Source: an uncultured Parafilimonas sp.
Lineage (GTDB): Bacteria > Bacteroidota > Bacteroidia > Chitinophagales > Chitinophagaceae
Reading direction: 5' to 3'
NCBI GenBank assembly: GCA_964236165.1
Contig: CAXSDU010000001.1
Location: 92,523-156,522, forward strand
DNA: 64,000 nucleotides
In this document: piece by piece, positions 19,268 to 28,059 of the stretch
Layout: the number at the start of each line of letters is the position of its first letter
Numbering within the stretch: position 1 is the stretch's first letter
Program-made: the position numbers and the translations under genes
The notes under the pieces: generated by a model
What the model was told of the DNA's origin: nothing
The model's input: only the letters and a program-made list of their open reading frames with translations
Databases searched by the model: none

Positions 19268-19648
19268 TTAACCAACCATTTTTTCATAAGCATCTGCACT
19301 TGCTAACACATTAACATCTTCTGGATTTACAATTTCAACTTTAACCATCCAGCCTTTATTGTAAGGATCGCTGTTTACCAATTCTGGATTAGAATTTAAT
19401 GCTTTGTTTACTTCAATTATTTTTCCTGCAACAGGCATAAAAAGATCGCTTACTGTTTTTACGGCTTCAATTGTTCCGAACACTTCTTCTGCTGATAAAT
19501 ATTTATTAACAGCATTTATATCCACAAAAACAATATCACCCAATTCCTCCTGTGCAAAATCTGTTATACCAATTATTACAGTTTTATCATCAATCAGCTT
19601 CAGCCATTCATGGTCTTTGGTATATTTTAAATCATTAGGAAAATTCAT
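19268..19648 (-). CDS. gcvH: Glycine cleavage system H protein
   Basis: YTKDHEW, GITDFAQEELGDIVFV, lipoyl motif IEAVKTVSD, NSDPY..GW. Confidence 0.97.
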   Translation of the reverse strand: MNFPNDLKYTKDHEWLKLIDDKTVIIGITDFAQEELGDIVFVDINAVNKYLSAEEVFGTIEAVKTVSDLFMPVAGKIIEVNKALNSNPELVNSDPYNKGWMVKVEIVNPEDVNVLASADAYEKMVG

Positions 19649-19695
19649 ATTGTAATTTTAAACGCAAATATTAATTAAACAATAAAACTGCCAAT

Positions 19696-20397
19696 CTAAT
19701 TTAACATGCGCATTTTCATTTTTATATTTTTCAAAGGACGATCATTTTGATCTTTTTCTGCAGCAGCAATTTTATCTGCCACATCAAGTCCTTTTATCAC
19801 TTCACCAAACACTGTATAATTTTGATCGAGAAATGGTGTGCCACCTATTATTTTATAAATCTTTCGCTCTGCATCACTGTAATAAAAACCAGGATTGTTT
19901 TGTCTTATTGTACATTCAATCTGGTTTAAAAGCGTATCGTTACAGGGTTTGCCTTGCACAATATAAAATTGACAATCGCTGCTTGCTTTTTCCGGGTTAT
20001 CTGTTCTGGCCATTGCCAATGCGCCTTTTTTATGCACCAGGTTGTTTCTGAATTCTGCCGGAATCATTTCTCCGGGTGCTTCGCCATTTCCTAACATTGC
20101 AGCGCTATCTGCATATTTACTTGTGGGATCACCGCCTTGTATCATAAATCCTTCGATTACGCGGTGAAATAAAAGACTGTCATAAAATCCCTGCTTTACA
20201 AGCTTAATAAAATTATCGCGATGTAAAGGCGTTGAATCATACAACTTAACAACGATCGTTCCTAAATCTGTTTTTATTTCAACAAGTTTTTCTTTAGATA
20301 CTGGTGTTTTTTGTATAGGCTTTTTTACAACTTGCGTTTGTGCAATAAGCATATAACTGCAAAAAAGTATTATAGTAGTTAGTAATATTTTTCTCAT
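19696..20397 (-). CDS. Cyclophilin-type peptidyl-prolyl isomerase with signal peptide
   Basis: TPLHRDNF, FHRVIEGFMIQGGDP, GALAMAR, QFYIVQG, YTVFGEV. Confidence 0.93.
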   Translation of the reverse strand: MRKILLTTIILFCSYMLIAQTQVVKKPIQKTPVSKEKLVEIKTDLGTIVVKLYDSTPLHRDNFIKLVKQGFYDSLLFHRVIEGFMIQGGDPTSKYADSAAMLGNGEAPGEMIPAEFRNNLVHKKGALAMARTDNPEKASSDCQFYIVQGKPCNDTLLNQIECTIRQNNPGFYYSDAERKIYKIIGGTPFLDQNYTVFGEVIKGLDVADKIAAAEKDQNDRPLKNIKMKMRMLN

Positions 20398-20405
20398 AGC
20401 TAATT

Positions 20406-20750
20406 TTAAAATTCCTGTTGTTCAAAATAAAATAAAATATGATCTTTTAAAAGACTTTCCTGCTCTATAAGTGAAACCGCAGGCAACTCTTTTACTTGTT
20501 TAAAATGCGGCCAGCCATCTTTGTCTTTATCTGAAAATTCATAATAACCGCTTTCGCTTAAAAGTGTGCAAATAGCAACATGCATTAAATCCTGTTTTTG
20601 TTCCTTGGTAATTTTTTGTTTTATAAATCCTGTTTCCTGCATACCAATTAAAAATAAGATTGCTTCCATATCTGGCTTTTTTCCAAAGCGTTCGGCAAGC
20701 TTTGCTTCAAGATCCCACCATCGTTGCTGTAAGTCGTGTGCTGCAATCAT
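20406..20750 (-). CDS. Conserved hypothetical protein
   Basis: Open frame with LFLIGMQE, DLMHVAICTLL..GYY, GWPHF; start set at ATG 20750 because the track TTG lies inside a TATATTTG promoter (20757-20764). Confidence 0.75.
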   Translation of the reverse strand: MIAAHDLQQRWWDLEAKLAERFGKKPDMEAILFLIGMQETGFIKQKITKEQKQDLMHVAICTLLSESGYYEFSDKDKDGWPHFKQVKELPAVSLIEQESLLKDHILFYFEQQEF

Positions 20751-20756
20751 GCGTGG

Positions 20757-20791
20757 CAAATATAGGAGTGTTGGTGCAAAGGTTATCTTTG
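20757..20791. promoter_or_regulatory. Back-to-back divergent -7 promoter elements (TATATTTG on -, TATCTTTG on +)
   Basis: Two exact TAnnTTTG matches at 20757-20764 (-) and 20784-20791 (+). Confidence 0.65.
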
Positions 20792-20809
20792 TCGCAAACT
20801 TTTATATTT

Positions 20810-22081
20810 ATGTTGCAGGTGGGTATTTTAAGGCAAAAAAAAGAATGGGTAAAAGAACGGCTGACTGTAAAAAATTTCAAGCAAACAGAATTAGTAGATG
20901 AAATAATTGCATTGGATGATGAGCGCAAAAAACTTCAGTCAGAATTCGATTTACTTCAATCTAAAATAAATGCTTCCAGTAAAGGTATTGGCCAACTGAT
21001 GGCTTCCGAAAATAAGGAAGAAGCAGAAAAATTAAAATCTGCTGTTGGTGAATGGAAGAATTTGCTTGAGCCCATAAAACAAAAGGCAATTGGTATAGAA
21101 AAAAAATTGTTGGATACATTACCATTATTACCAAACCTGCCGTCTGAATTAGTGCCAAAAGGTTTTTCTGCAGAAGATAATTTAAATGTAAAAGAAGGCG
21201 GTAAAAAACCTTCACTTGCTGAAAATGCATTGCCGCACTGGGTGCTTACAAAAAAATATAAATTAATAGATTTTGAACTCGGGACAAAAATTACAGCCAG
21301 CGGCTTTCCTGTTTATACAGGTAATGGCGCAAAACTGCAGCGCGTCCTGATACAATATTTTTTAGATTATAATTCAAAAGCTGGTTACAAAGAAATTATT
21401 CCGCCGTTTATGGTGAACTCAGATAGTGCTTTTGCAACAGGACAATTACCTGATAAAGAAGGGCAAATGTATTTTGTAAATGAAGATGGATTTTACCTTA
21501 TTCCAACATCTGAAGTGCCTGTTACAAATATATATCGTGATGTTATTTTAAAACAAGATGAACTGCCGGTTAAGATGACGGCTTATTCTCCGTGCTTTAG
21601 AAGAGAAGCCGGCAGTTATGGAAAAGATGTGCGTGGTTTAAACCGTTTGCATCAATTTGAAAAAGTAGAAATTATACAAATAGTGCAGGCTGAAAAAAGT
21701 TATGAAGTTTTAGATGCAATGGTAGCGCATGTTGAGCAATTAATTCAATCACTGGAACTGCCTTACCGCATTTTAAGATTATGCGGCGGAGATATGAGTT
21801 TTACGAGTGCGCTTACTTATGATTTTGAAGTGTACAGTGCTGCACAACAACGCTGGCTTGAAGTAAGCAGCGTAAGTAATTTTGAAAGCTATCAAACCAA
21901 CCGCTTAAAATGCAGGTATAAAGATGACAATAATAAAATGCAATTAGCACATAGTCTTAACGGAAGCTCATTGGCGCTGCCAAGAATCTTGGCTTGTTTA
22001 TTAGAAAATAATCAAACAGAAAATAATATTAAAATACCGAAAGTTTTACAGAATTATTTTGGAGCAGAACAGATTGATTAG
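20810..22081 (+). CDS. serS: Seryl-tRNA synthetase
   Basis: N-terminal coiled coil, YLIPTSEVP, motif 2 FRREAGSYGKDVRGLNRLHQFEKVE, motif 3 NGSSLALPR; true start ATG 20810. Confidence 0.97.
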   Translation: MLQVGILRQKKEWVKERLTVKNFKQTELVDEIIALDDERKKLQSEFDLLQSKINASSKGIGQLMASENKEEAEKLKSAVGEWKNLLEPIKQKAIGIEKKLLDTLPLLPNLPSELVPKGFSAEDNLNVKEGGKKPSLAENALPHWVLTKKYKLIDFELGTKITASGFPVYTGNGAKLQRVLIQYFLDYNSKAGYKEIIPPFMVNSDSAFATGQLPDKEGQMYFVNEDGFYLIPTSEVPVTNIYRDVILKQDELPVKMTAYSPCFRREAGSYGKDVRGLNRLHQFEKVEIIQIVQAEKSYEVLDAMVAHVEQLIQSLELPYRILRLCGGDMSFTSALTYDFEVYSAAQQRWLEVSSVSNFESYQTNRLKCRYKDDNNKMQLAHSLNGSSLALPRILACLLENNQTENNIKIPKVLQNYFGAEQID

Positions 22082-22602
22082 TTTAACCGTATCAAAACTT
22101 TTGTGCCAACAGGAATTATGGTGTATAATTCTTCAACGTCTTTATTGCGCATGCTTATACAACCGTCAGTCCAGTTGCGAAAACGATCAACCTGAAAATC
22201 TTCGTGCGGCCATGTACCATGAATGCCAATGCCGCCACCAATTTTTGCACCTGAGGGAATTATGCCTTCATTTTTACGTTCAGTGAATTTATTGTAATCG
22301 TCTTTGGTGGGATAATCGAGCATCATAAAACGATCCCATTTCGGATGCATCTTTTTATCAACAATAGTAAAAGTTCCTTCAGGCGTTTTTTTATCACCAG
22401 CATATAATTTATCGCGCAGATCGCTATTGCCGAAAACTACCGGGTAAGTTACCAGCCAGCCGTTTGAATCAAACACACTCAATGCATATTTTGTTTTATC
22501 AATCACAATATAATATGATGAATCATACAACTGTTTTGAATGAAAAGAAGTGCATGAAAAAAAGATTATTAATATTGCAGCGGGCAACTTCCATTTATTC
22601 AT
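22078..22602 (-). CDS. L,D-transpeptidase (YkuD) family protein
   Basis: GDKKTPEG, LDYP, GGGIGIHGT and catalytic NWTDGCISM. Confidence 0.9.
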   Translation of the reverse strand: MNKWKLPAAILIIFFSCTSFHSKQLYDSSYYIVIDKTKYALSVFDSNGWLVTYPVVFGNSDLRDKLYAGDKKTPEGTFTIVDKKMHPKWDRFMMLDYPTKDDYNKFTERKNEGIIPSGAKIGGGIGIHGTWPHEDFQVDRFRNWTDGCISMRNKDVEELYTIIPVGTKVLIRLN

Positions 22603-22747
22603 TTACTGGGTTTAAAATATTATAACGATAAAGCGTTTTTATTGCGTGTGTTAAAGACAACCTTTTTTTATTAAGGTTTATTATAAGTAATTACAAAATA
22701 TTCTTGTATGATTTAAGCCTATATTTATAATAATAGTAATGCAATAT

Positions 22748-22779
22748 AAAAAAACAAAGCCCCGCTTTCGCAGAGCCTT
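22748..22779 (-). terminator. Intrinsic terminator of sigma/anti-sigma/beta-barrel operon
   Basis: Minus strand AGGCTCTGC-GAAA-GCGGGGCTT then GTTTTTTT. Confidence 0.75.
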
Positions 22780-22807
22780 GCAGACTGAACAGAAATTTTT
22801 TATTTTA

Positions 22808-23683
22808 TTACCAGTTACTAAATCTTAACCCAACTGTGTAAGGATATTGTTTTACAACATCATTATCAAACATTGGTTTTATACTATAACTGCCATATAA
22901 ATGCACAGGACCTAAACCAAGTTCTGCCACGTAAGCAAATAGCCATGGAGCAAGATTAAAATCGCCATGATCTTTAACTTTTCCGCGTTCATCACTTACT
23001 TGTTTTGTATGGCTGCCAATTCTGTAACCGGCACTAACACCTGCGCTTAAACTAAAACCGGAATGCCTGCGCGGTGTTGGATTTATATTAATCATAAAAG
23101 GCACAGTAGCATATCCAACGTATAATTTATTTTTTGAAAAATCTACGGTATCCTGAAAAATATAATCCGGGTTATTATTATAAGATATATTGTTTTTATA
23201 GCGAAAATTAAACATCTCCAATCCCAGCCCGTATTTTAAATTAAGTACTCTTTCTGCAACATTTAATTTTTGCATAAATAACCAAATGTTTACATTGGAT
23301 GATTTGCCAGTTATCAGCTTCAGATCATCTTTTTGTAAACCAGAATGAACGAACGCTGTTGTTTGCGGCAAACTGTAATCTGTTTTATCATTATAGTTTG
23401 CAAAACCAAGATCTAAGATTAAATAATTGGTAGTAAAAGTTTTACGGCTGTTTGAACTTTGCCCTTGATATTCTCTTCTGCGCGGAATATTAATGATTGT
23501 ATAATTATTACGCCTCGGTGGCATACTATCATAATTTGTATTGGCTTCCTTGTGATTTCTTATAATAATAAAGTTGCCTACCTGAACTGTATCACTGCCA
23601 TTATTATTATTTGTTGTATCTGTTTGTGAAAAACTTACTACCGAATAAAGCATAATTATTCCTGCTAATAAAATTTGTTTCAT
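22808..23683 (-). CDS. Outer-membrane beta-barrel protein (PorT-like/OMP family)
   Basis: Signal peptide, amphipathic strands, ends YTVGLRFSNW. Confidence 0.75.
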   Translation of the reverse strand: MKQILLAGIIMLYSVVSFSQTDTTNNNNGSDTVQVGNFIIIRNHKEANTNYDSMPPRRNNYTIINIPRRREYQGQSSNSRKTFTTNYLILDLGFANYNDKTDYSLPQTTAFVHSGLQKDDLKLITGKSSNVNIWLFMQKLNVAERVLNLKYGLGLEMFNFRYKNNISYNNNPDYIFQDTVDFSKNKLYVGYATVPFMININPTPRRHSGFSLSAGVSAGYRIGSHTKQVSDERGKVKDHGDFNLAPWLFAYVAELGLGPVHLYGSYSIKPMFDNDVVKQYPYTVGLRFSNW

Positions 23684-23701
23684 GATATTATTTATTGATT
23701 C

Positions 23702-24826
23702 TTATTGTTGTTTCGTTTGTATTTCAAAATTGGCAACTTGTATTTTGCCATCTTCATTTGCGGAATTATCCTGTTTATTACCAAATAAGCGACCAGCTTT
23801 TTTAAACAGGTTTTTAACCTTGGTTTTATTTAAATCGAATGCACCAACGTGCAATGAATTTTTATCATCATTTGTATTTATTTCTTTATACGCCACATCA
23901 TAAAGTTTGTAATCGCTTTTGTTATCGCCCGCAGTTTCATCATTGGTTTGTATTGCCGGCGTAACCGCTTTTTCCTGTATGTTTAACGGAACCGCTTCAA
24001 TTGCCACATCATTATTTTCAATTACAGGTTTATGATTTGTTTTTACAATATTATTTTGTTCGATAGGATTGCGCACTATGTTATCTTGTTTTACTGAAGG
24101 CTTTTGTTCAGCAACATCAACTTCTTCTTTATTTTGTGTTGCCGGTAATTTTTTAATTATTTTCTTTTCAGCAATCTTATTTTGTGTTGATGATTGCGAT
24201 TGTTGCGCAACAATTTGTTGTTGATTTATTATAATTTGATGAAGTGTATCAACCGGTTTCGCAAGGATTTGTTGTTTTGTTGCACTTTGTGTTGGATGCT
24301 TATCAGCAAGCGCAACTGTTGATGCAGGTTTTTGCATTAACCACCAGCCAATAGCACACACACCGATAAAAATTGCAGCAACAGCTAGCCGTAATGGCTT
24401 TAAATAAATTACCCTTCTTGTTTCTGTGCGGTATAAGTCTTTTTTATTATCATAAGTAATAATCTCCGGTATAAGTATCGTTTGTTTTAAGCCGGTAAAT
24501 TCATTCTGCAATTTTGGATGTTGTAATACATACGTTTCAACTTCTTCGCGTTTTGCTGCGCTTAATTCATTATCTATATAGAGCAAAAAATATTCTTCGT
24601 AATTATGTTCGTTAATATTATTACCTTCTGTTCGTAATAATATTTCTTTATCATTAAAAACAATTTCTTCGGCTGCAGATTTCGTTTGCATCAGCATTTC
24701 AAACTCTATCATTAAATCTGCATTCTGCTGCACAAAATTTTCTACTGCAAGCTTTTCTTCTGCATTAAGCTCATTATCTGCATACAGTAAAAAATATTCT
24801 TCGTAATTGTGTCTGTTAACTTTCAT
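23702..24826 (-). CDS. Putative anti-sigma factor with two tandem N-terminal anti-sigma-like domains
   Basis: Follows ECF sigma; duplicated HNYEEYFLLYxDNEL unit, one TM helix, Q/K-rich periplasmic linker. Confidence 0.75.
   Translation of the reverse strand: MKVNRHNYEEYFLLYADNELNAEEKLAVENFVQQNADLMIEFEMLMQTKSAAEEIVFNDKEILLRTEGNNINEHNYEEYFLLYIDNELSAAKREEVETYVLQHPKLQNEFTGLKQTILIPEIITYDNKKDLYRTETRRVIYLKPLRLAVAAIFIGVCAIGWWLMQKPASTVALADKHPTQSATKQQILAKPVDTLHQIIINQQQIVAQQSQSSTQNKIAEKKIIKKLPATQNKEEVDVAEQKPSVKQDNIVRNPIEQNNIVKTNHKPVIENNDVAIEAVPLNIQEKAVTPAIQTNDETAGDNKSDYKLYDVAYKEINTNDDKNSLHVGAFDLNKTKVKNLFKKAGRLFGNKQDNSANEDGKIQVANFEIQTKQQ
24422..24826 (-). repeat. Tandem intragenic duplication, 68-aa (204-nt) unit x2
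   Basis: TATTCTTCGTAATT recurs at 24591 and 24795; both protein units run HNYEEYFLLY...RTE. Confidence 0.85.
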
Positions 24827-24841
24827 TTTTTACAGTTTTAA

Positions 24842-25327
24842 TCATATCACATTTTCAGGTTTTACCAGGTAATTGCGCAGGTTAAGTCTTGCGCGGTGTA
24901 AATAAACTTTTACCTGGCTTTCGTTCAATCCTGTAATCTGTCCAATCTCATCGTAACTGTAGCCTTCATAGTCTTTCAGCAATATCAAACTCTTTTGTGT
25001 TTCATTCAAAATATTTAAAGCATCCTGTAAACTTTTTTTAAGGTTTGATACCGGCTCGCTGTATGATCTTGTGTCTGCATTAAATTCATCTTTTAAAGTA
25101 ATTCTTTTTATTTTTCTTATATGATCAATCATTTGATTATACGCAACTGTAAAAAGAAAAGATTTACATTTTTCCGCATTTACTGTTTCGCGGTTGCGCC
25201 ATAACTTTTCAAAAGCAGTTTGTACAATATCTTTTGCATCTTCTTCATGCCTTATATTTTTCACAATAAAGCGAAACACATTATCAGCATATAAGTTCAC
25301 GCAGTCATTGTAATCCCGTTCAGTCAT
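24842..25327 (-). CDS. ECF RNA polymerase sigma factor
   Basis: DAKDIVQTAFEKLW, KSFLFTVAYN, LLKDYEGYSYDEIG..LNESQVKVYLHRAR. Confidence 0.93.
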   Translation of the reverse strand: MTERDYNDCVNLYADNVFRFIVKNIRHEEDAKDIVQTAFEKLWRNRETVNAEKCKSFLFTVAYNQMIDHIRKIKRITLKDEFNADTRSYSEPVSNLKKSLQDALNILNETQKSLILLKDYEGYSYDEIGQITGLNESQVKVYLHRARLNLRNYLVKPENVI

Positions 25328-25382
25328 AAATGCTTTTTAAAAAGCTGTAAAATTAAATTCAAAAAAAGTCAATTTATAGTGG

Positions 25383-25408
25383 TACGTGTATTAAGCTAAA
25401 AAGTTACA
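25383..25408 (-). promoter_or_regulatory. Candidate autoregulatory ECF promoter TGTAAC-N16-CGTA
   Basis: Minus strand TGTAACtttttagcttaatacaCGTA, matching the AAC/CGT class of ECF promoters, 55 nt upstream of the sigma gene. Confidence 0.6.
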
Positions 25409-25478
25409 GTTAGTTATAATTTTTTTTGTTTGATAAATTTCAAAACAAATCCTCTGTATCGTTTATTACATTCGTGCT

Positions 25479-26651
25479 ATGCAATTAATTGAAATTAACA
25501 ATGCTGCAACAGCCAAAGATTTTATTAAGGTAAATGTGTTGATGAATAAAAACAATCCTAATTATATACGCCCGCTGAATAATGAAATAAATGATGTGTT
25601 TGATGCCACTAAGAATAAAAACTTTAAATACGGTGAAGCAAAGCGCTGGATTTTAAAAGATGATAATAATAAACTAATTGGCTGCATTGCTGCTTTTATT
25701 AATTCAAAATATGTAAATAAAGGAACTGATTTTAAAACAGGCGGCATTGGTTTTTTTGATTGTATAAATAATGATGCCGCAGCAAAAATTTTATTTGATG
25801 CTGCAAAAGATTGGTTGCAGCAAAAAGGAATGGATGCGATGGATGGTCCGATAAATTTTGTTGACCGTGATAAATGGTGGGGTTTAATGGTTGAGGGTTT
25901 TGAGAAACCGCCGCTTTATGGAATGTCTTACAATCCTCTATATTACCAAAAGTTGTTTGAAAATTATGGCTTTAAAAATTATTATAACCAGTATTATTAT
26001 GAAAAAAGTGTAAAGGAAAAATTACAAGATAAATTTGAGGAGCGCTATAAAAAATTTAAAGCAAAGCCTGGTTATGAAGCACGCCACATTAAATTAAAAA
26101 ACTTAGAAAAGCATGCTGAAGAATTTGCTACAGTTTATAATGCAGCGTGGGCGCAGCATGGCGAGGCGAAAGAAATATCAACCAAAGATGCCATGAAGCT
26201 TTTTAATAAAATGAAATTGGTAATTGATGAGCGTGTTATTTGGTTTGCATATTATAAAGAAGAACCTATTGCTATGTGGATTAATATTCCGGATTTAAAC
26301 GAATACTTCAAACATTTTAATGGCAAGCTTGGATGGATAGAAAAGCTGCGTTTATTATGGATGAAGAAAAATAATAAATGCAGAATTTTTACAGGTATTG
26401 CTTTTGGCGTTGTTCCAAAATACCAGGCATTAGGTATAGATTCTTTTATGATCTATGAAGCGTCGATACCAATTCAAAGTTTAGATTGGTACGATAAATA
26501 TGAAATGGGCTGGGCAGGCGACTGGAATCCAAAAATGATAAATATTTATAAAACACTTGGCTGGCAAAGCCGCCACATGATTACTTACCGATATATTTTT
26601 GATGAAAATAAAAACCCGTTTGAAAGACACCCGGTAATGGAATATAAATAG
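25479..26651 (+). CDS. GNAT-superfamily acyltransferase (YghO-like; possible bacterial ceramide synthase family)
   Basis: GGIGFFDCIN, WLQQKGMDAMDGPINF, GLMVEGF, YNPLYY, GVVPKYQALG, EMGWAGDWN; TACATTCG promoter at 25467-25474. Confidence 0.7.
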   Translation: MQLIEINNAATAKDFIKVNVLMNKNNPNYIRPLNNEINDVFDATKNKNFKYGEAKRWILKDDNNKLIGCIAAFINSKYVNKGTDFKTGGIGFFDCINNDAAAKILFDAAKDWLQQKGMDAMDGPINFVDRDKWWGLMVEGFEKPPLYGMSYNPLYYQKLFENYGFKNYYNQYYYEKSVKEKLQDKFEERYKKFKAKPGYEARHIKLKNLEKHAEEFATVYNAAWAQHGEAKEISTKDAMKLFNKMKLVIDERVIWFAYYKEEPIAMWINIPDLNEYFKHFNGKLGWIEKLRLLWMKKNNKCRIFTGIAFGVVPKYQALGIDSFMIYEASIPIQSLDWYDKYEMGWAGDWNPKMINIYKTLGWQSRHMITYRYIFDENKNPFERHPVMEYK

Positions 26652-26654
26652 GCG

Positions 26655-26689
26655 CAGTCAGCGGTCAACAGAAAATAGCCGATGGAAAG
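26655..26689. repeat. Degenerate 7-bp-period micro-repeat
   Basis: CAGTCAG CGGTCAA CAGAAAA TAGCCGA TGGAAAG; YRG every 7 nt. Confidence 0.4.
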
Positions 26690-26694
26690 AAAAT

Positions 26695-27849
26695 CTATCC
26701 AATCGCCTGCTTTATATCTTCAATCAAATCATCTGCATCTTCAATACCAATACTTAATCTTATCAAAGAATCTTTCAAACCATTTTTTAGTCTTTCTTCT
26801 TTTGGAATAGAAGCATGTGTCATCGTTGCGGGATGATTAATTAAACTTTCCACACCACCCAAGCTTTCTGCTAATGCAATTATTTTAGTTGATGATACAA
26901 CACGTTTTAATTCTTCTGCACTTTCATCTTTCAACTCAAAACTTATCATGCCGCCAAAATCGCGCATTTGCTTTTTTGCAATGGCATGATTAGGATGATC
27001 TTCAAAACCTGGCCAATAAACCTTTGCAACCTTAGAATGATTCCGCAAATAGTTTGCAATCTTCTCTCCGTTTTCGCAATGTCTCTGCATACGCACATGT
27101 AAAGTTTTTATTCCACGCAAAACCAAAAAACAATCCATAGGTCCTGGCACAGCACCACTGCTTTTCTGAATAAAATGTAAATCTTCGCGCAGTTTTTTAT
27201 CATTCATTACAAGACAACCTTGTATTACATCACTATGTCCGCCTAAATATTTTGTTGATGAATGCATTACAATGTCTGCACCAAGATCCAAAGGGTTTTG
27301 TAAATATGGCGATGCAAAAGTGTTATCAACACAAACCATAATATTTTTTTGTTTCGCAAGCGCGCAGGCAGCGGCAATATCAACAATATTCATTAAGGGA
27401 TTTGTTGGTGTTTCAAGCCAGATAAGTTTTGTGTTTGCGTTTATTTTATCCTGGATATTTTTTGTTTCCGTCATGTTTACATAATGAAACTTAACACCAA
27501 ACTTTTCAAATATTTTTGAAAATAAACGAAATGTTCCTCCGTACATATCATTAGATGCAACCACTTCATCATTAGGTTTTAATAACTTTATTACAGCATC
27601 TGTTGCAGCAACACCACTGCTGAATATTAAACCAAATTTTCCATTCTCAATTTCAGCGCATGCTTTTTCCAATGCAGTGCGTGTAGGATTTCCGGCACGT
27701 GAATAATCATAACCTTTATGCACTTCAGGTGACGATTGAACATAGGTTGATGTTTGATATATCGGTGTCATAATTGCGCCGGTTGAAGGATCTGGTTCTG
27801 AGCCAGCATGAACGCATTTTGTACCTCCGGAATTTTTATAGTCAGTCAT
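26695..27849 (-). CDS. Cystathionine gamma-synthase/gamma-lyase family PLP enzyme
   Basis: PIYQTSTY, YSRAGNPT, ETPTNP, DNTFASP, PLP lysine in HSSTKYLGGHSD, AESLGGVESL, RLSIGIED. Confidence 0.93.
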   Translation of the reverse strand: MTDYKNSGGTKCVHAGSEPDPSTGAIMTPIYQTSTYVQSSPEVHKGYDYSRAGNPTRTALEKACAEIENGKFGLIFSSGVAATDAVIKLLKPNDEVVASNDMYGGTFRLFSKIFEKFGVKFHYVNMTETKNIQDKINANTKLIWLETPTNPLMNIVDIAAACALAKQKNIMVCVDNTFASPYLQNPLDLGADIVMHSSTKYLGGHSDVIQGCLVMNDKKLREDLHFIQKSSGAVPGPMDCFLVLRGIKTLHVRMQRHCENGEKIANYLRNHSKVAKVYWPGFEDHPNHAIAKKQMRDFGGMISFELKDESAEELKRVVSSTKIIALAESLGGVESLINHPATMTHASIPKEERLKNGLKDSLIRLSIGIEDADDLIEDIKQAIG

Positions 27850-28059
27850 ATTAATTATCTGTTTAAAATTTCAACAAAAATATTGGTTCAATTATAAATG
27901 CCATCACAAAGTACTTTCAGAGATTTATAATAAACTAAAGCCTTAAAAGAAAGTATTTAAATACCACTAAAAAATAATTGTCGGAGGTTTGTTTGATGAA
28001 TTAATGAAAGCTGCTATTAATCTTAAAAATAATTACTTTAGTTGTACTGAAACAACTAT

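Noticed and set aside
27850-28059. Spacer upstream of the cystathionine enzyme examined for a SAM riboswitch and for an antitoxin partner of the HEPN-like gene
   Set aside because: No SAM aptamer consensus seen; only short frames (one reading GGLFDELMKAAINLK...) too weak to call
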